From a virus: DNA of 35,725 nt. Under the pieces are notes generated by a model. The model ran no database searches. It saw only the letters and a list, made by a program, of their open reading frames with translations, and had not been told where the DNA came from. How positions within the stretch are numbered: the stretch's first letter is position 1; each line of letters opens with the position of its first letter. This document shows, one piece after another, positions 17,677 through 24,854 of the stretch. Position numbers and translations under genes: made by a program. The stretch lies in the IMG/VR virus record IMGVR_UViG_3300045988_127927, positions 1 through 35,725 of that record, one strand, 5' to 3'.

Positions 17677-17889
17677 ATGATGAAGACACTCATCACCCGC
17701 TACCCGCGAACCATCGGGTACACCGTAATAGCAGCACTACAGCTAACCACATTTTTCGTGGCCATGCTGAATAACCGGCTAGACCCGGCGCACATCTCAA
17801 ACGTGCTTCTCTCCGTAATCGTCGTGTGCTGTGGCTTTGAAATTGACATGCTAAAGCTTGAGAAGAAGGATACCCGCCGTGAAAATTAA
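17677..17889 (+). CDS. small membrane protein (70 aa, two TM)
   Basis: Hydrophobic segments YTVIAALQLTTFFVAML and VLLSVIVVCCGF. RBS GAAAGAAGGA. Confidence 0.65.
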   Translation: MMKTLITRYPRTIGYTVIAALQLTTFFVAMLNNRLDPAHISNVLLSVIVVCCGFEIDMLKLEKKDTRREN

Positions 17890-18793
17890 CACTCTCATGC
17901 GCCGCGCCGTACCCGCGCCCGCTCCCGGCTCCGACGAATGGAAGCGCAAGATTACCGCCTCCAAGGTGGCATCTGTCGTTTGTAAAAGCCCGTGTACTTC
18001 CAAGTTTGCGCTACACGCTGAGATGACCGGCCGCTACGAGGCAGACCCGATTAACCAGGCGGTATTGGAGGCCGGTAATATTCTGGAACCGGCTGTAGCG
18101 GGTTGGTTTCAGCTGCACAACCCCGACGTAGAAGTGCGTGAGTGCAAGAAGCGCAACACTCCCGTATGGTGGGTATCGCGCGATAGTGAAGACTTTGCCG
18201 CTACCCCCGACCGTATCCTAGTAGACCGTGAGACCGGCGAGGTCACCGCGCTACTGGAAATCAAGACCGCGCGCGTCGCCTCCGAATGGGGCGAAGAAGG
18301 TACCGACGAAATCCCCGAGCACTACCGCCTACAAGCGCTTTGGCAGATGAAATGTACCGGCGTAAAGACCGTTATTTTTGCTGTGCTACATGCCGGGCTG
18401 AGGTTCGCTACATACCGCGTCGAGTGGGACGCGGCGGCGGTTGATGAGCTTACGGCGGCGGCGACCGATTTTATGGACGCGGTACGCACCGGGCAAACCC
18501 CTGACTATCGCGAGGAACCCGGCGCGTTCTCGACCTACGAGGTGCTCCGCTATTATTTCCCTGAGTGCAACGGTGAAGCCGTGATGTTGAGTGATGACCT
18601 GGTCTACCGTACCCGCCGCGCTAAGCGCCTAAAGCGATTGGCCGCGCGTGCTGAGGATATCGTCAAGAATGAGCTAACCGCCGTTATGGGCAACGCGAGC
18701 GCGGGCGTTGATTACGCGAACCGTACCGTGGCGCGGCGCTCTCAGAGGAAGACCACTAAAGGTTATTCCCGCCCGTGGGTGACTATCGTCTAG
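17879..18793 (+). CDS. YqaJ/lambda-Exo-like recombination exonuclease (PD-(D/E)XK)
   Basis: GSDEWKRKITASKVASV, AGNILEP and ATPDRILVD...ALLEIKTAR fit the YqaJ viral recombinase family. The start is uncertain: GTG 17879 after GAAGAAGGA, or ATG 17897. Confidence 0.8.
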   Translation: MKINTLMRRAVPAPAPGSDEWKRKITASKVASVVCKSPCTSKFALHAEMTGRYEADPINQAVLEAGNILEPAVAGWFQLHNPDVEVRECKKRNTPVWWVSRDSEDFAATPDRILVDRETGEVTALLEIKTARVASEWGEEGTDEIPEHYRLQALWQMKCTGVKTVIFAVLHAGLRFATYRVEWDAAAVDELTAAATDFMDAVRTGQTPDYREEPGAFSTYEVLRYYFPECNGEAVMLSDDLVYRTRRAKRLKRLAARAEDIVKNELTAVMGNASAGVDYANRTVARRSQRKTTKGYSRPWVTIV

Positions 18794-18842
18794 GCGGCTG
18801 TAGCGGCGCTGGAAAATTTTCTAAATTTTTTCCGGTTTGGGC

Positions 18843-18912
18843 TTGTTTCCCCTCATAAATAGATTTATACTATAAATGTAAGGAAAACAAAGGAACCACC
18901 GGAAACCTTACA
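18843..18912 (+). promoter_or_regulatory. promoter copy P3 (TTGTTT-17-TATACT) plus 5' leader hairpin
   Basis: -35 at 18843-18848, -10 at 18866-18871, hairpin TGTAAGG-22 nt-CCTTACA at 18877-18912. The upstream AT-rich block gctggaaaattttctaaatttt is identical to that of P5. Confidence 0.7.
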
Positions 18913-18937
18913 ACCCAAACCGAAAGGAAACGAAATC

Positions 18938-19309
18938 ATGGAACTCACCGCTAAGGACTTCACCGCACAGCTGGCCGCTAAGGGTTACACCCCCGGTATC
19001 GACTTCGACGTTGATAACGGCGACGAACCGCACACCGTGAAGCTCACTGGCGCGATCACCTTTAACGGCGCAGATGGTTTTATGGACTTCCGCAACGCAG
19101 AGGAATACTACGGCATCACCTGTGCAGAGTATGAAGACCTCGCGTTCTTCTCCAAGACCTACCCGCTTACCGAGGCACAGATTACCGACATCGAAGAAGG
19201 CGGCGAACCCGGCAACGCAGAACAGGAAGAAAAGTTCTTCGACGCATGGCGTGCAGCTCTCGACGGTATCGGTATCGACCTGAACGACATTCCGGTTTCC
19301 AGCCGCTAA
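18938..19309 (+). CDS. highly acidic protein (123 aa), first gene of cassette P3
   Basis: By my count about 26 D/E against about 8 K/R. Strong RBS GAAAGGAAA. Lies between the exonuclease and RecT genes. Confidence 0.75.
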   Translation: MELTAKDFTAQLAAKGYTPGIDFDVDNGDEPHTVKLTGAITFNGADGFMDFRNAEEYYGITCAEYEDLAFFSKTYPLTEAQITDIEEGGEPGNAEQEEKFFDAWRAALDGIGIDLNDIPVSSR

Positions 19310-19336
19310 GCAACGCACATAAGCACCGATAGACCC

Positions 19337-19377
19337 GCCGGGCGGCGGACTCTTCCGAATACCCGCCGCCGCCCGGC
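19337..19377 (+). terminator. GC hairpin (12-bp stem GCCGGGCGGCGG / CCGCCGCCCGGC, 17-nt loop) followed by ATTT
   Basis: Read directly. Located between the acidic gene and recT. Confidence 0.5.
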
Positions 19378-19406
19378 ATTTACCACCACCGAAAGGAACC
19401 TACACC

Positions 19407-20225
19407 GTGGGCACTGAAATTCAGCAATTCACAGGCACCGCTCTACAGGTAAAGAATGATTTTGTAGATCCCATCAAGAACGCGATTACCGGCGCGTTAC
19501 CGCTATTCATGCGTGAAGACTCCGAGGCCTGGATTAGGGGCGCAATTCTGGAGGTTAGCAAGACTCCGCAGCTTGTCCAGTACGCCAAAAACAATTTTCC
19601 AGCATTTGCAGGCACGCTAACCCGTGTCGCCGCGCTGGGTTTACCGCTCAACCGTGACATGGTGTACGTGCTCCCCTTTGCATCGAAACAGGGGATGCAG
19701 GCCAACGTTATCATGGGTTGGCGCGGTGAGCTTGAACTCATTTATCGCGCGGGCAACGTCGAGACCGTCCACCATGAAGAAATCTTTGAGAATGACGGCT
19801 ACGAATGGAAGGACGGCGCCCCCCGCCTTATCGCTCCCGCCCCGGAAGGGCAGCGCGGCAAAATCAAGCACGCCGTAGCATGGGCTGTCTTGAAGAGCGG
19901 CAAAATCAGCCAATACGCGGTTGTGAGTGCCGACCGCATCGCCGCCGCCAAGAAAGCATCACGCGGCTCTAACTCCCCGTCTAGCCCCTGGGTACAGCAC
20001 GAGGTAGCAATGTGGCGCAAAACGGCAATTCATGAGCTGGCGAACTTCGTAGATTCAAGCGTAGAAGAGTGCCGACCGGAACGCCTGGAAGCCATGAAGA
20101 CCCGCGCGGCTCTCGCTTTGGACGTGGAGCGCGAAAAGACCGCGCGCATGGCAGAGGAAAACAGGGCTATGGAACTCAAGATTAAGCTAATGGAACTGGA
20201 ACAGACTAAGAAGGAAGGGGCATAA
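19407..20225 (+). CDS. recT: RecT-family single-strand annealing protein
   Basis: LPLNRDMVYVLPF, ANVIMGWRGELELIYRAGNVETVHHEEIFENDGYEW and the SPW..H...M..KTA block are RecT-like. GTG start after GAAAGGAA. Confidence 0.85.
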   Translation: MGTEIQQFTGTALQVKNDFVDPIKNAITGALPLFMREDSEAWIRGAILEVSKTPQLVQYAKNNFPAFAGTLTRVAALGLPLNRDMVYVLPFASKQGMQANVIMGWRGELELIYRAGNVETVHHEEIFENDGYEWKDGAPRLIAPAPEGQRGKIKHAVAWAVLKSGKISQYAVVSADRIAAAKKASRGSNSPSSPWVQHEVAMWRKTAIHELANFVDSSVEECRPERLEAMKTRAALALDVEREKTARMAEENRAMELKIKLMELEQTKKEGA

Positions 20226-20226
20226 G

Positions 20227-20547
20227 ATGACCCTAAATGCAACCCGTACACACTACATTAACGAGTATGATTACTCACATATCCGCTGGCGCGGCTTCGT
20301 AAAGCGCCTCGCCCTCCGCGCAGCATCTCTAGCCGATTCGCGCGGCGTGCTGAACATTGGGCGTGACAAGTTTTTTAAGGATACTCTAGGCGACGAATAC
20401 AACCCCCGCTACATCTCGCACATCATCACTGACTGTAACCGCATCGAGCGCGTGAGTTTTGCGACCATTGGGCACAGTGCGAGCGCCCGCCTGGTCATTG
20501 TCTTTGATGACGAAAAGATTAGTAAGAGCATGGAAAAGAAGGGCTAG
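20227..20547 (+). CDS. hypothetical protein (106 aa)
   Basis: The ATG lies 1 nt after the recT stop, with AAGGAAGGGG upstream. Confidence 0.65.
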   Translation: MTLNATRTHYINEYDYSHIRWRGFVKRLALRAASLADSRGVLNIGRDKFFKDTLGDEYNPRYISHIITDCNRIERVSFATIGHSASARLVIVFDDEKISKSMEKKG

Positions 20548-20550
20548 AAC

Positions 20551-21099
20551 ATGTCTTCTACCGTAACCGTACTAGGAAATATTGGGGCGGACGCAGAGCG
20601 ACGCGAGACGCAGAACGGCACCCCGTACCTGACTTTCACCGTTGCGGATTCACGCTCTAAATGGGACGCGGCCGCCGGTAAGTATGTCCCGCTAAATACG
20701 ACGTGGCGACGCGTAACCACCTTTAAGGGGTTGGACTATTTGCCCGATCAGCTTGTCAGGGGTGCGACCGTCTACGTATCCGGTAGCGAGGAATTGCGCA
20801 CCTGGGACAAAGAGGACGGGACGAAGGGTTACAGCCTGGATGTTACGGCGCATGTGGTGAAGGTGGTATCAAAGTCCACCGATAGCGGGGCACCCGCGCA
20901 GGTTCAGACTAGCCCGGTTGCCGCGTACCCGGCGAACACCGCCGCCCCGGTTCAGCAGCAGGGATACGCACAGCAGGCGCAGCCTATGCAGGGCGGTTAT
21001 GCACAGCCCGCCGCCGCCGCGCCGCCCGCCGGTTACCAAGCCGCCGCTAACGCATCGAGCGGATGGGGTGGATACGATAACGGGGCGACCCCGTTCTAG
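20551..21099 (+). CDS. ssb: single-stranded DNA-binding protein
   Basis: OB-fold N-terminus VTVLGNIGADAERRETQNGTPYLTFTVA, a Gly/Gln/Ala/Pro-rich linker and a C-terminal ...ATPF tail. Confidence 0.9.
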   Translation: MSSTVTVLGNIGADAERRETQNGTPYLTFTVADSRSKWDAAAGKYVPLNTTWRRVTTFKGLDYLPDQLVRGATVYVSGSEELRTWDKEDGTKGYSLDVTAHVVKVVSKSTDSGAPAQVQTSPVAAYPANTAAPVQQQGYAQQAQPMQGGYAQPAAAAPPAGYQAAANASSGWGGYDNGATPF

Positions 21100-21111
21100 C
21101 CCTAGCCCGCT

Positions 21112-21139
21112 AACCCCCGGTGAGTAATCGCCGGGGGTT
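21112..21139 (+). terminator. hairpin AACCCCCGG-10 nt-CCGGGGGTT after ssb
   Basis: 9-bp stem read directly, followed by TGG (weak U-tract). Confidence 0.5.
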
Positions 21140-21189
21140 TGGCGTACCCGGCGCGGGAAAAATTTTTTTGAAAAATCTTTGATTCTGGC

Positions 21190-21245
21190 TTGCTTTCCAC
21201 CCCACACAAGGTTTATACTATAAATGTAAGGCAAAGAGCCTTACA
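21190..21245 (+). promoter_or_regulatory. promoter copy P4 (TTGCTT-18-TATACT) plus 5' leader hairpin
   Basis: -35 at 21190-21195, -10 at 21214-21219, hairpin TGTAAGGC-5 nt-GCCTTACA at 21225-21245. An AT-rich block lies upstream at 21155-21180. Confidence 0.7.
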
Positions 21246-21271
21246 GAAACCCAAGCCGAAAGGAAACCCCA

Positions 21272-21451
21272 ATGTTGGAGTACTACGAAATTCAGGAATA
21301 CGTTACCGAGGTAGCAGCAGGTAACTACCCGTTCCGAGTAATCGACGCGGTAACCGCCGATATTTACGAACGCGGCGTAGCCGTCGAGATGGAAGACCTC
21401 AAGGCATACCCGCGAACCCGTGAACTTCTCAAGATTCACAACGCGGCCTAA
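21272..21451 (+). CDS. 59-aa acidic protein, first gene of cassette P4 (absent from the ORF track)
   Basis: ATG after CCGAAAGGAAACCCCA. Translation: MLEYYEIQEYVTEVAAGNYPFRVIDAVTADIYERGVAVEMEDLKAYPRTRELLKIHNAA. A gapless alignment gives 20/59 identities to the 23125 ORF. Confidence 0.75.
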   Translation: MLEYYEIQEYVTEVAAGNYPFRVIDAVTADIYERGVAVEMEDLKAYPRTRELLKIHNAA

Positions 21452-21466
21452 CAATCAACCAACTAA

Positions 21467-21489
21467 GCCCCGCCCTAACCGGGCGGGGC
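21467..21489 (+). terminator. GC hairpin GCCCCGCCC-5 nt-GGGCGGGGC
   Basis: Same arms as the hairpins at 17625 and 23321. Confidence 0.5.
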
Positions 21490-21503
21490 ACCCCTAGCAA
21501 ATC

Positions 21504-22079
21504 ATGGCAAATCAGTTTTACAAATCAGAAACATGCTCACAGTGCGGTAACCCCTGGGAAAAACCCGATCTGGTCAATTGCCGCCGGTGCAAACAGTGGG
21601 AACTCAAACGCGCCCGCACCCGCCGCAAAAAGGCAGAGAAAGCGGGTGAGCTAGAGCGCAAGCGCAAAAACAAGGAGTGGGCCGCAACCCATTGCTACAT
21701 TTGCGGTTCGCTTATGGATAATCCAGACCCCAAATGCTACCGGTGCCGCGAACGCATCAAGCGCCGCGAAAAATGGCTAGAACGCCGCGCCGAACGCATG
21801 AAACCGAACGACCTAAACAACCTAGAAGGCGTAAGGAAGTTCCTACAGGCGCGCCGCCGCCGCCTCAACCAAGACCCCCACACCCCCCCATCGAAGGAAT
21901 CGACACATGAAACACCCCATCACCGGGCGACCCCTAACCATCACCGCCGCCGCGCTCGCAACAGTACCGACCGGCTTTTTTCTCGCCGCGCTCATCACCG
22001 GCGGCGGCGTGAACATCGGCAGCTCTATTCTCACCCTCGCTACGTGGTGGGTGGGTGTGCTGATCGTGGCATTGTTTGA
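21504..22079 (+). CDS. zinc-ribbon protein (two CxxC...CxxC pairs), basic; 3' end uncertain
   Basis: Contains CSQCGNPW...CRRCKQW and CYICGSL...CYRCRERI. The last ~57 codons overlap the 21907 gene and read as low-complexity His/Arg sequence. A C7 tract lies at 21883-21889. Confidence 0.55.
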   Translation: MANQFYKSETCSQCGNPWEKPDLVNCRRCKQWELKRARTRRKKAEKAGELERKRKNKEWAATHCYICGSLMDNPDPKCYRCRERIKRREKWLERRAERMKPNDLNNLEGVRKFLQARRRRLNQDPHTPPSKESTHETPHHRATPNHHRRRARNSTDRLFSRRAHHRRRREHRQLYSHPRYVVGGCADRGIV

Positions 22080-22122
22080 GGCCAACCCGCGCGACGCGCG
22101 AACCAACCGAGAGGAACACTAA
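21907..22122 (+). CDS. small membrane protein (71 aa, two TM)
   Basis: ATG after CGAAGGAA. Hydrophobic segments LTITAAALATVPTGFFLAALI and ILTLATWWVGVLIVALF. Confidence 0.7.
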   Translation: MKHPITGRPLTITAAALATVPTGFFLAALITGGGVNIGSSILTLATWWVGVLIVALFEANPRDARTNREEH

Positions 22123-22124
22123 TC

Positions 22125-22763
22125 ATGCGTATTATCGAATTGGAAAAGTACCAAGCACCCGGCAAGCTCTGGCACATTGTCACTACCGAGGCGGTAGACA
22201 AGCTGCGCACCACGGCTATTATTTTCGCTGACACCCCGGCGAAAACCTACATTTCGCTTGTCGCCGCCGCTGAAATCGCAGGCGTAAGTGAAACCGGCGT
22301 ACGCGACTATCTCAAGAAGCACGGCGCGCGGCCTAAGCTATTCACCGTCCCGGCTAACGTCAATCGCACCGGACAGGCGCGAAAAATGGCGTTTATCGAC
22401 CCGCTTACCATGTTCCATATTCTCTTAGAGGTAGACCCGCGCGAACAGAGCGTTAGGGGTTGGTTCCATGACCTAACGCACTTCGACGGCGACGAAATCC
22501 CCAAATTCTGGGGCATGACGAATGTTCGAGAGGCGGCGATTATCGAAGATAAGGCGCGCGAAATCGAACTACTGGAAATTCCAGACTTTACCCCGCCCGC
22601 CCGCGTCGAGTTTGACGCTACCGGCGGAATCGAGCAGCTGAACCGCATCATCTCAGACCTACACGCCCCGTACCATGTACGAGTGAAGGCGCTACAGATT
22701 CAGCATGAGGTGAATCAGCTCGCTAATACCGTAGACAAGCTGAATGAAGGAAAGGACGCATAA
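22125..22763 (+). CDS. HTH-containing DNA-binding protein (212 aa)
   Basis: ISLVAAAEIAGVSETGVRDYLKKHG looks like a helix-turn-helix. The C-terminus is coiled coil. Confidence 0.6.
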   Translation: MRIIELEKYQAPGKLWHIVTTEAVDKLRTTAIIFADTPAKTYISLVAAAEIAGVSETGVRDYLKKHGARPKLFTVPANVNRTGQARKMAFIDPLTMFHILLEVDPREQSVRGWFHDLTHFDGDEIPKFWGMTNVREAAIIEDKAREIELLEIPDFTPPARVEFDATGGIEQLNRIISDLHAPYHVRVKALQIQHEVNQLANTVDKLNEGKDA

Positions 22764-22764
22764 A

Positions 22765-23007
22765 ATGCGCATGACTCGACAGATTATCAAGCTCTCAAGC
22801 TACCGCGTGAAGGGTGTAACTTTCGCCGTGGAGTTTGACTATGACAAGCCGGGTGACCGCCGCACTAAGATTGGGCAGGCGTTGAAGTCAATCATTGGTA
22901 TTCATGAGCTGAATTATCTGAGCAATCAGGCAATTAAGATTATGGGTAGCGGTGAATCCGCGCGTGAGGTGTGGAGCTATGAGGTGGTGGAGACTGAGGA
23001 TATTTAG
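22765..23007 (+). CDS. hypothetical protein (80 aa)
   Basis: The ATG at 22765 lies 8 nt after GAAGGAAAGGA. The track start at 22744 sits inside the upstream gene. Confidence 0.6.
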   Translation: MRMTRQIIKLSSYRVKGVTFAVEFDYDKPGDRRTKIGQALKSIIGIHELNYLSNQAIKIMGSGESAREVWSYEVVETEDI

Positions 23008-23040
23008 CTGGAAAATTTTCTAAATTTTCTTGGTTTTGGC

Positions 23041-23098
23041 TTGCTTTGCACACCCCAATAGGTTTATACTATAAATGTAAGGCAAAGGAGGTCTTACA
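23041..23098 (+). promoter_or_regulatory. promoter copy P5 (TTGCTT-18-TATACT) plus 5' leader hairpin
   Basis: -35 at 23041-23046, -10 at 23065-23070, hairpin TGTAAG(G)-loop-(T)CTTACA at 23076-23098. The palindrome GAAAATTTTC lies upstream at 23011-23020. Confidence 0.7.
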
Positions 23099-23124
23099 GA
23101 AACCCAAACCGAAAGGAGCTAGCA

Positions 23125-23304
23125 ATGCTGGCACGTCACGAAATTCTCGAATCCATCACCACCGCAGCATACGGCGAAATCTCGACCGCCGTTCTGGAAG
23201 CCGCGGCAACCGAGATTTGGGAAAATAACAGCTTCGAGACTATGGCAGATTTTGAAGCCTACGATAAGACCTGGGAAATCGTCGCAAAGCACGACGCTAA
23301 GTAA
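23125..23304 (+). CDS. 59-aa acidic protein, first gene of cassette P5 (absent from the ORF track); paralogue of 21272-21451
   Basis: ATG after CCGAAAGGAGCTAGCA. Translation: MLARHEILESITTAAYGEISTAVLEAAATEIWENNSFETMADFEAYDKTWEIVAKHDAK. Confidence 0.75.
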   Translation: MLARHEILESITTAAYGEISTAVLEAAATEIWENNSFETMADFEAYDKTWEIVAKHDAK

Positions 23305-23320
23305 CCCCTAACCACATAAC

Positions 23321-23347
23321 GCCCCGCCCGCTAACCCCGGGCGGGGC
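23321..23347 (+). terminator. GC hairpin GCCCCGCCCG-7 nt-CGGGCGGGGC
   Basis: Followed by CACCAAACCCCAAACCCGAAAGGAA, as after the 17625 hairpin. Confidence 0.5.
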
Positions 23348-23380
23348 ACCAAACCCCAAACCCGAAAGGAACAACACGAA

Positions 23381-23779
23381 ATGGCAATGTCTTACGCAGA
23401 AGCCAAAATCTGGAATGATGAACACCTCCCGATCTTGAACCGTATCGGTATCACAACGGGCGTACGAGATGACCGGTACGGTGACCCCGCCGGTGCATTT
23501 GTCGAAATTGTCTACACGGTACACGGCAGGCTTAAGCGCGCGGCTGATCTAATGTCAAACGACCATAGCGAATTTGCCCTAGCCGTCGCCGAACGTCTGA
23601 AAGAATTTGCGGGTATCGGCGGCAAATACGAGCAGCAGGCCGCCGCCGTAATCAACGCCCTAACCGAACTCGACCGTGTACACCGCATTACCGAACTAGA
23701 GAATGAGGCAGAAGAGCACGAGCGCGCCGCTAGTAAGGCGTACAAGAAGATTAAGGCTCTCATCTCATTCAAGCCCTAA
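23381..23779 (+). CDS. hypothetical protein (132 aa) with C-terminal coiled coil
   Basis: RBS CGAAAGGAA. Confidence 0.65.
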   Translation: MAMSYAEAKIWNDEHLPILNRIGITTGVRDDRYGDPAGAFVEIVYTVHGRLKRAADLMSNDHSEFALAVAERLKEFAGIGGKYEQQAAAVINALTELDRVHRITELENEAEEHERAASKAYKKIKALISFKP

Positions 23780-23793
23780 CCAAGGAACAGAAC

Positions 23794-24273
23794 ATGCTAG
23801 AGGAAATCCTAAACGCGTTCGACCCGCACGCGTTTTTCACCACCGCCCCGCTCTGGACAGTATTCACGCTACCCGGCGCAGCAATGGGCATATTCACCAC
23901 GATTAGCGCACTAGTGATAATGTGCCTAGTCTACCCATACAAGGACGCAGACCCCGATTACGAGTTTAGAGGCGTACTATGCTGTGTAATCGCAGGTATA
24001 GGCGGCGCCCTGGTCTTCGTAACCGACGTTATCGCCCTGGTCATGTTCTGGGACGGCGCGTTACACCCGGCGCTCACCGCTCACGGCGTAAACGGTAATA
24101 GCGCCCGTATCCTATCCGACATGATCGCGATCATCACTAATACGGCGGCTTTTACTGCACCCATCGCCGTGTGCGTAGAAATTTTTCGAGCTTTGGAGCA
24201 TCTAGAAGACCGCCGCGTTACCCGCCGTAGGTACCTGGAAGCCCGCGCCTTGGAGCGTGCAACCCGTGACTAA
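23794..24273 (+). CDS. integral membrane protein (159 aa, about four TM)
   Basis: Several 18-22-residue hydrophobic stretches and a basic C-terminus. Confidence 0.65.
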   Translation: MLEEILNAFDPHAFFTTAPLWTVFTLPGAAMGIFTTISALVIMCLVYPYKDADPDYEFRGVLCCVIAGIGGALVFVTDVIALVMFWDGALHPALTAHGVNGNSARILSDMIAIITNTAAFTAPIAVCVEIFRALEHLEDRRVTRRRYLEARALERATRD

Positions 24274-24439
24274 ACGCCGTGACCGCAACCGTGCCGCGCG
24301 CCGCCGTAAACGCGTCTACATCTGGCACTGGTCAGAAGACGAAGACCCGCTATACGCCATAGCCGCGCAAATCGTCCAAGAAATCTACACCACAAGGAGC
24401 ACACCCCATGAAACGCTACGAGCGCGAGGTGTTCGCTAA
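24266..24439 (+). CDS. small basic protein (57 aa), tentative
   Basis: GTG within GTGACTAA, overlapping the upstream stop and lying after GGAGCG. Third codon positions are C-rich like neighbouring early genes. N-terminus is KRRDRNRAARRRKR. Confidence 0.45.
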   Translation: MTKRRDRNRAARRRKRVYIWHWSEDEDPLYAIAAQIVQEIYTTRSTPHETLRARGVR

Positions 24440-24854
24440 CGTACCCATCATGAGCACCTATAACCAATACACCGATAAAAACGACTTTCCGAACCACGGA
24501 ATAATTTACAGGGCACTACCCGACCAAATCCTACGAGCCGCTTTCATGCTCACATGGAAAGCCGGTGTGAGCTGGAAAGAAGACAGAAACAGGACGATTC
24601 GAGACGCACTAGCGGCTATCGACGCAGCTAAAGCGGTGTACCCGTCCATGCGCCTTAAGAAACCGCTAGCAAGTCAAGATGCTCAGCTGGATTATTTGCT
24701 AATGATCGTAGAAGGTATCAATAACGCGGGCGACTTCAAGAGTAAGCACCAATACGGCGCATTGAAAGCTATTCTGTCCGCACAGAAGACCAACGATATT
24801 GCCCACCTGGGCGTTGCAGGCATGAACCTGTACGGCTGGGCAGGTGAGCAATGA
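24408..24854 (+). CDS. hypothetical protein (148 aa)
   Basis: AAGGAG RBS 7 nt upstream. Confidence 0.65.
   Translation: MKRYEREVFANVPIMSTYNQYTDKNDFPNHGIIYRALPDQILRAAFMLTWKAGVSWKEDRNRTIRDALAAIDAAKAVYPSMRLKKPLASQDAQLDYLLMIVEGINNAGDFKSKHQYGALKAILSAQKTNDIAHLGVAGMNLYGWAGEQ

Noticed and set aside
21843-22119. Minus-strand ORFs 21843-22106 and 21934-22119
   Set aside because: They are antisense to the membrane-protein gene 21907-22122, which has a canonical RBS and clear TM helices.
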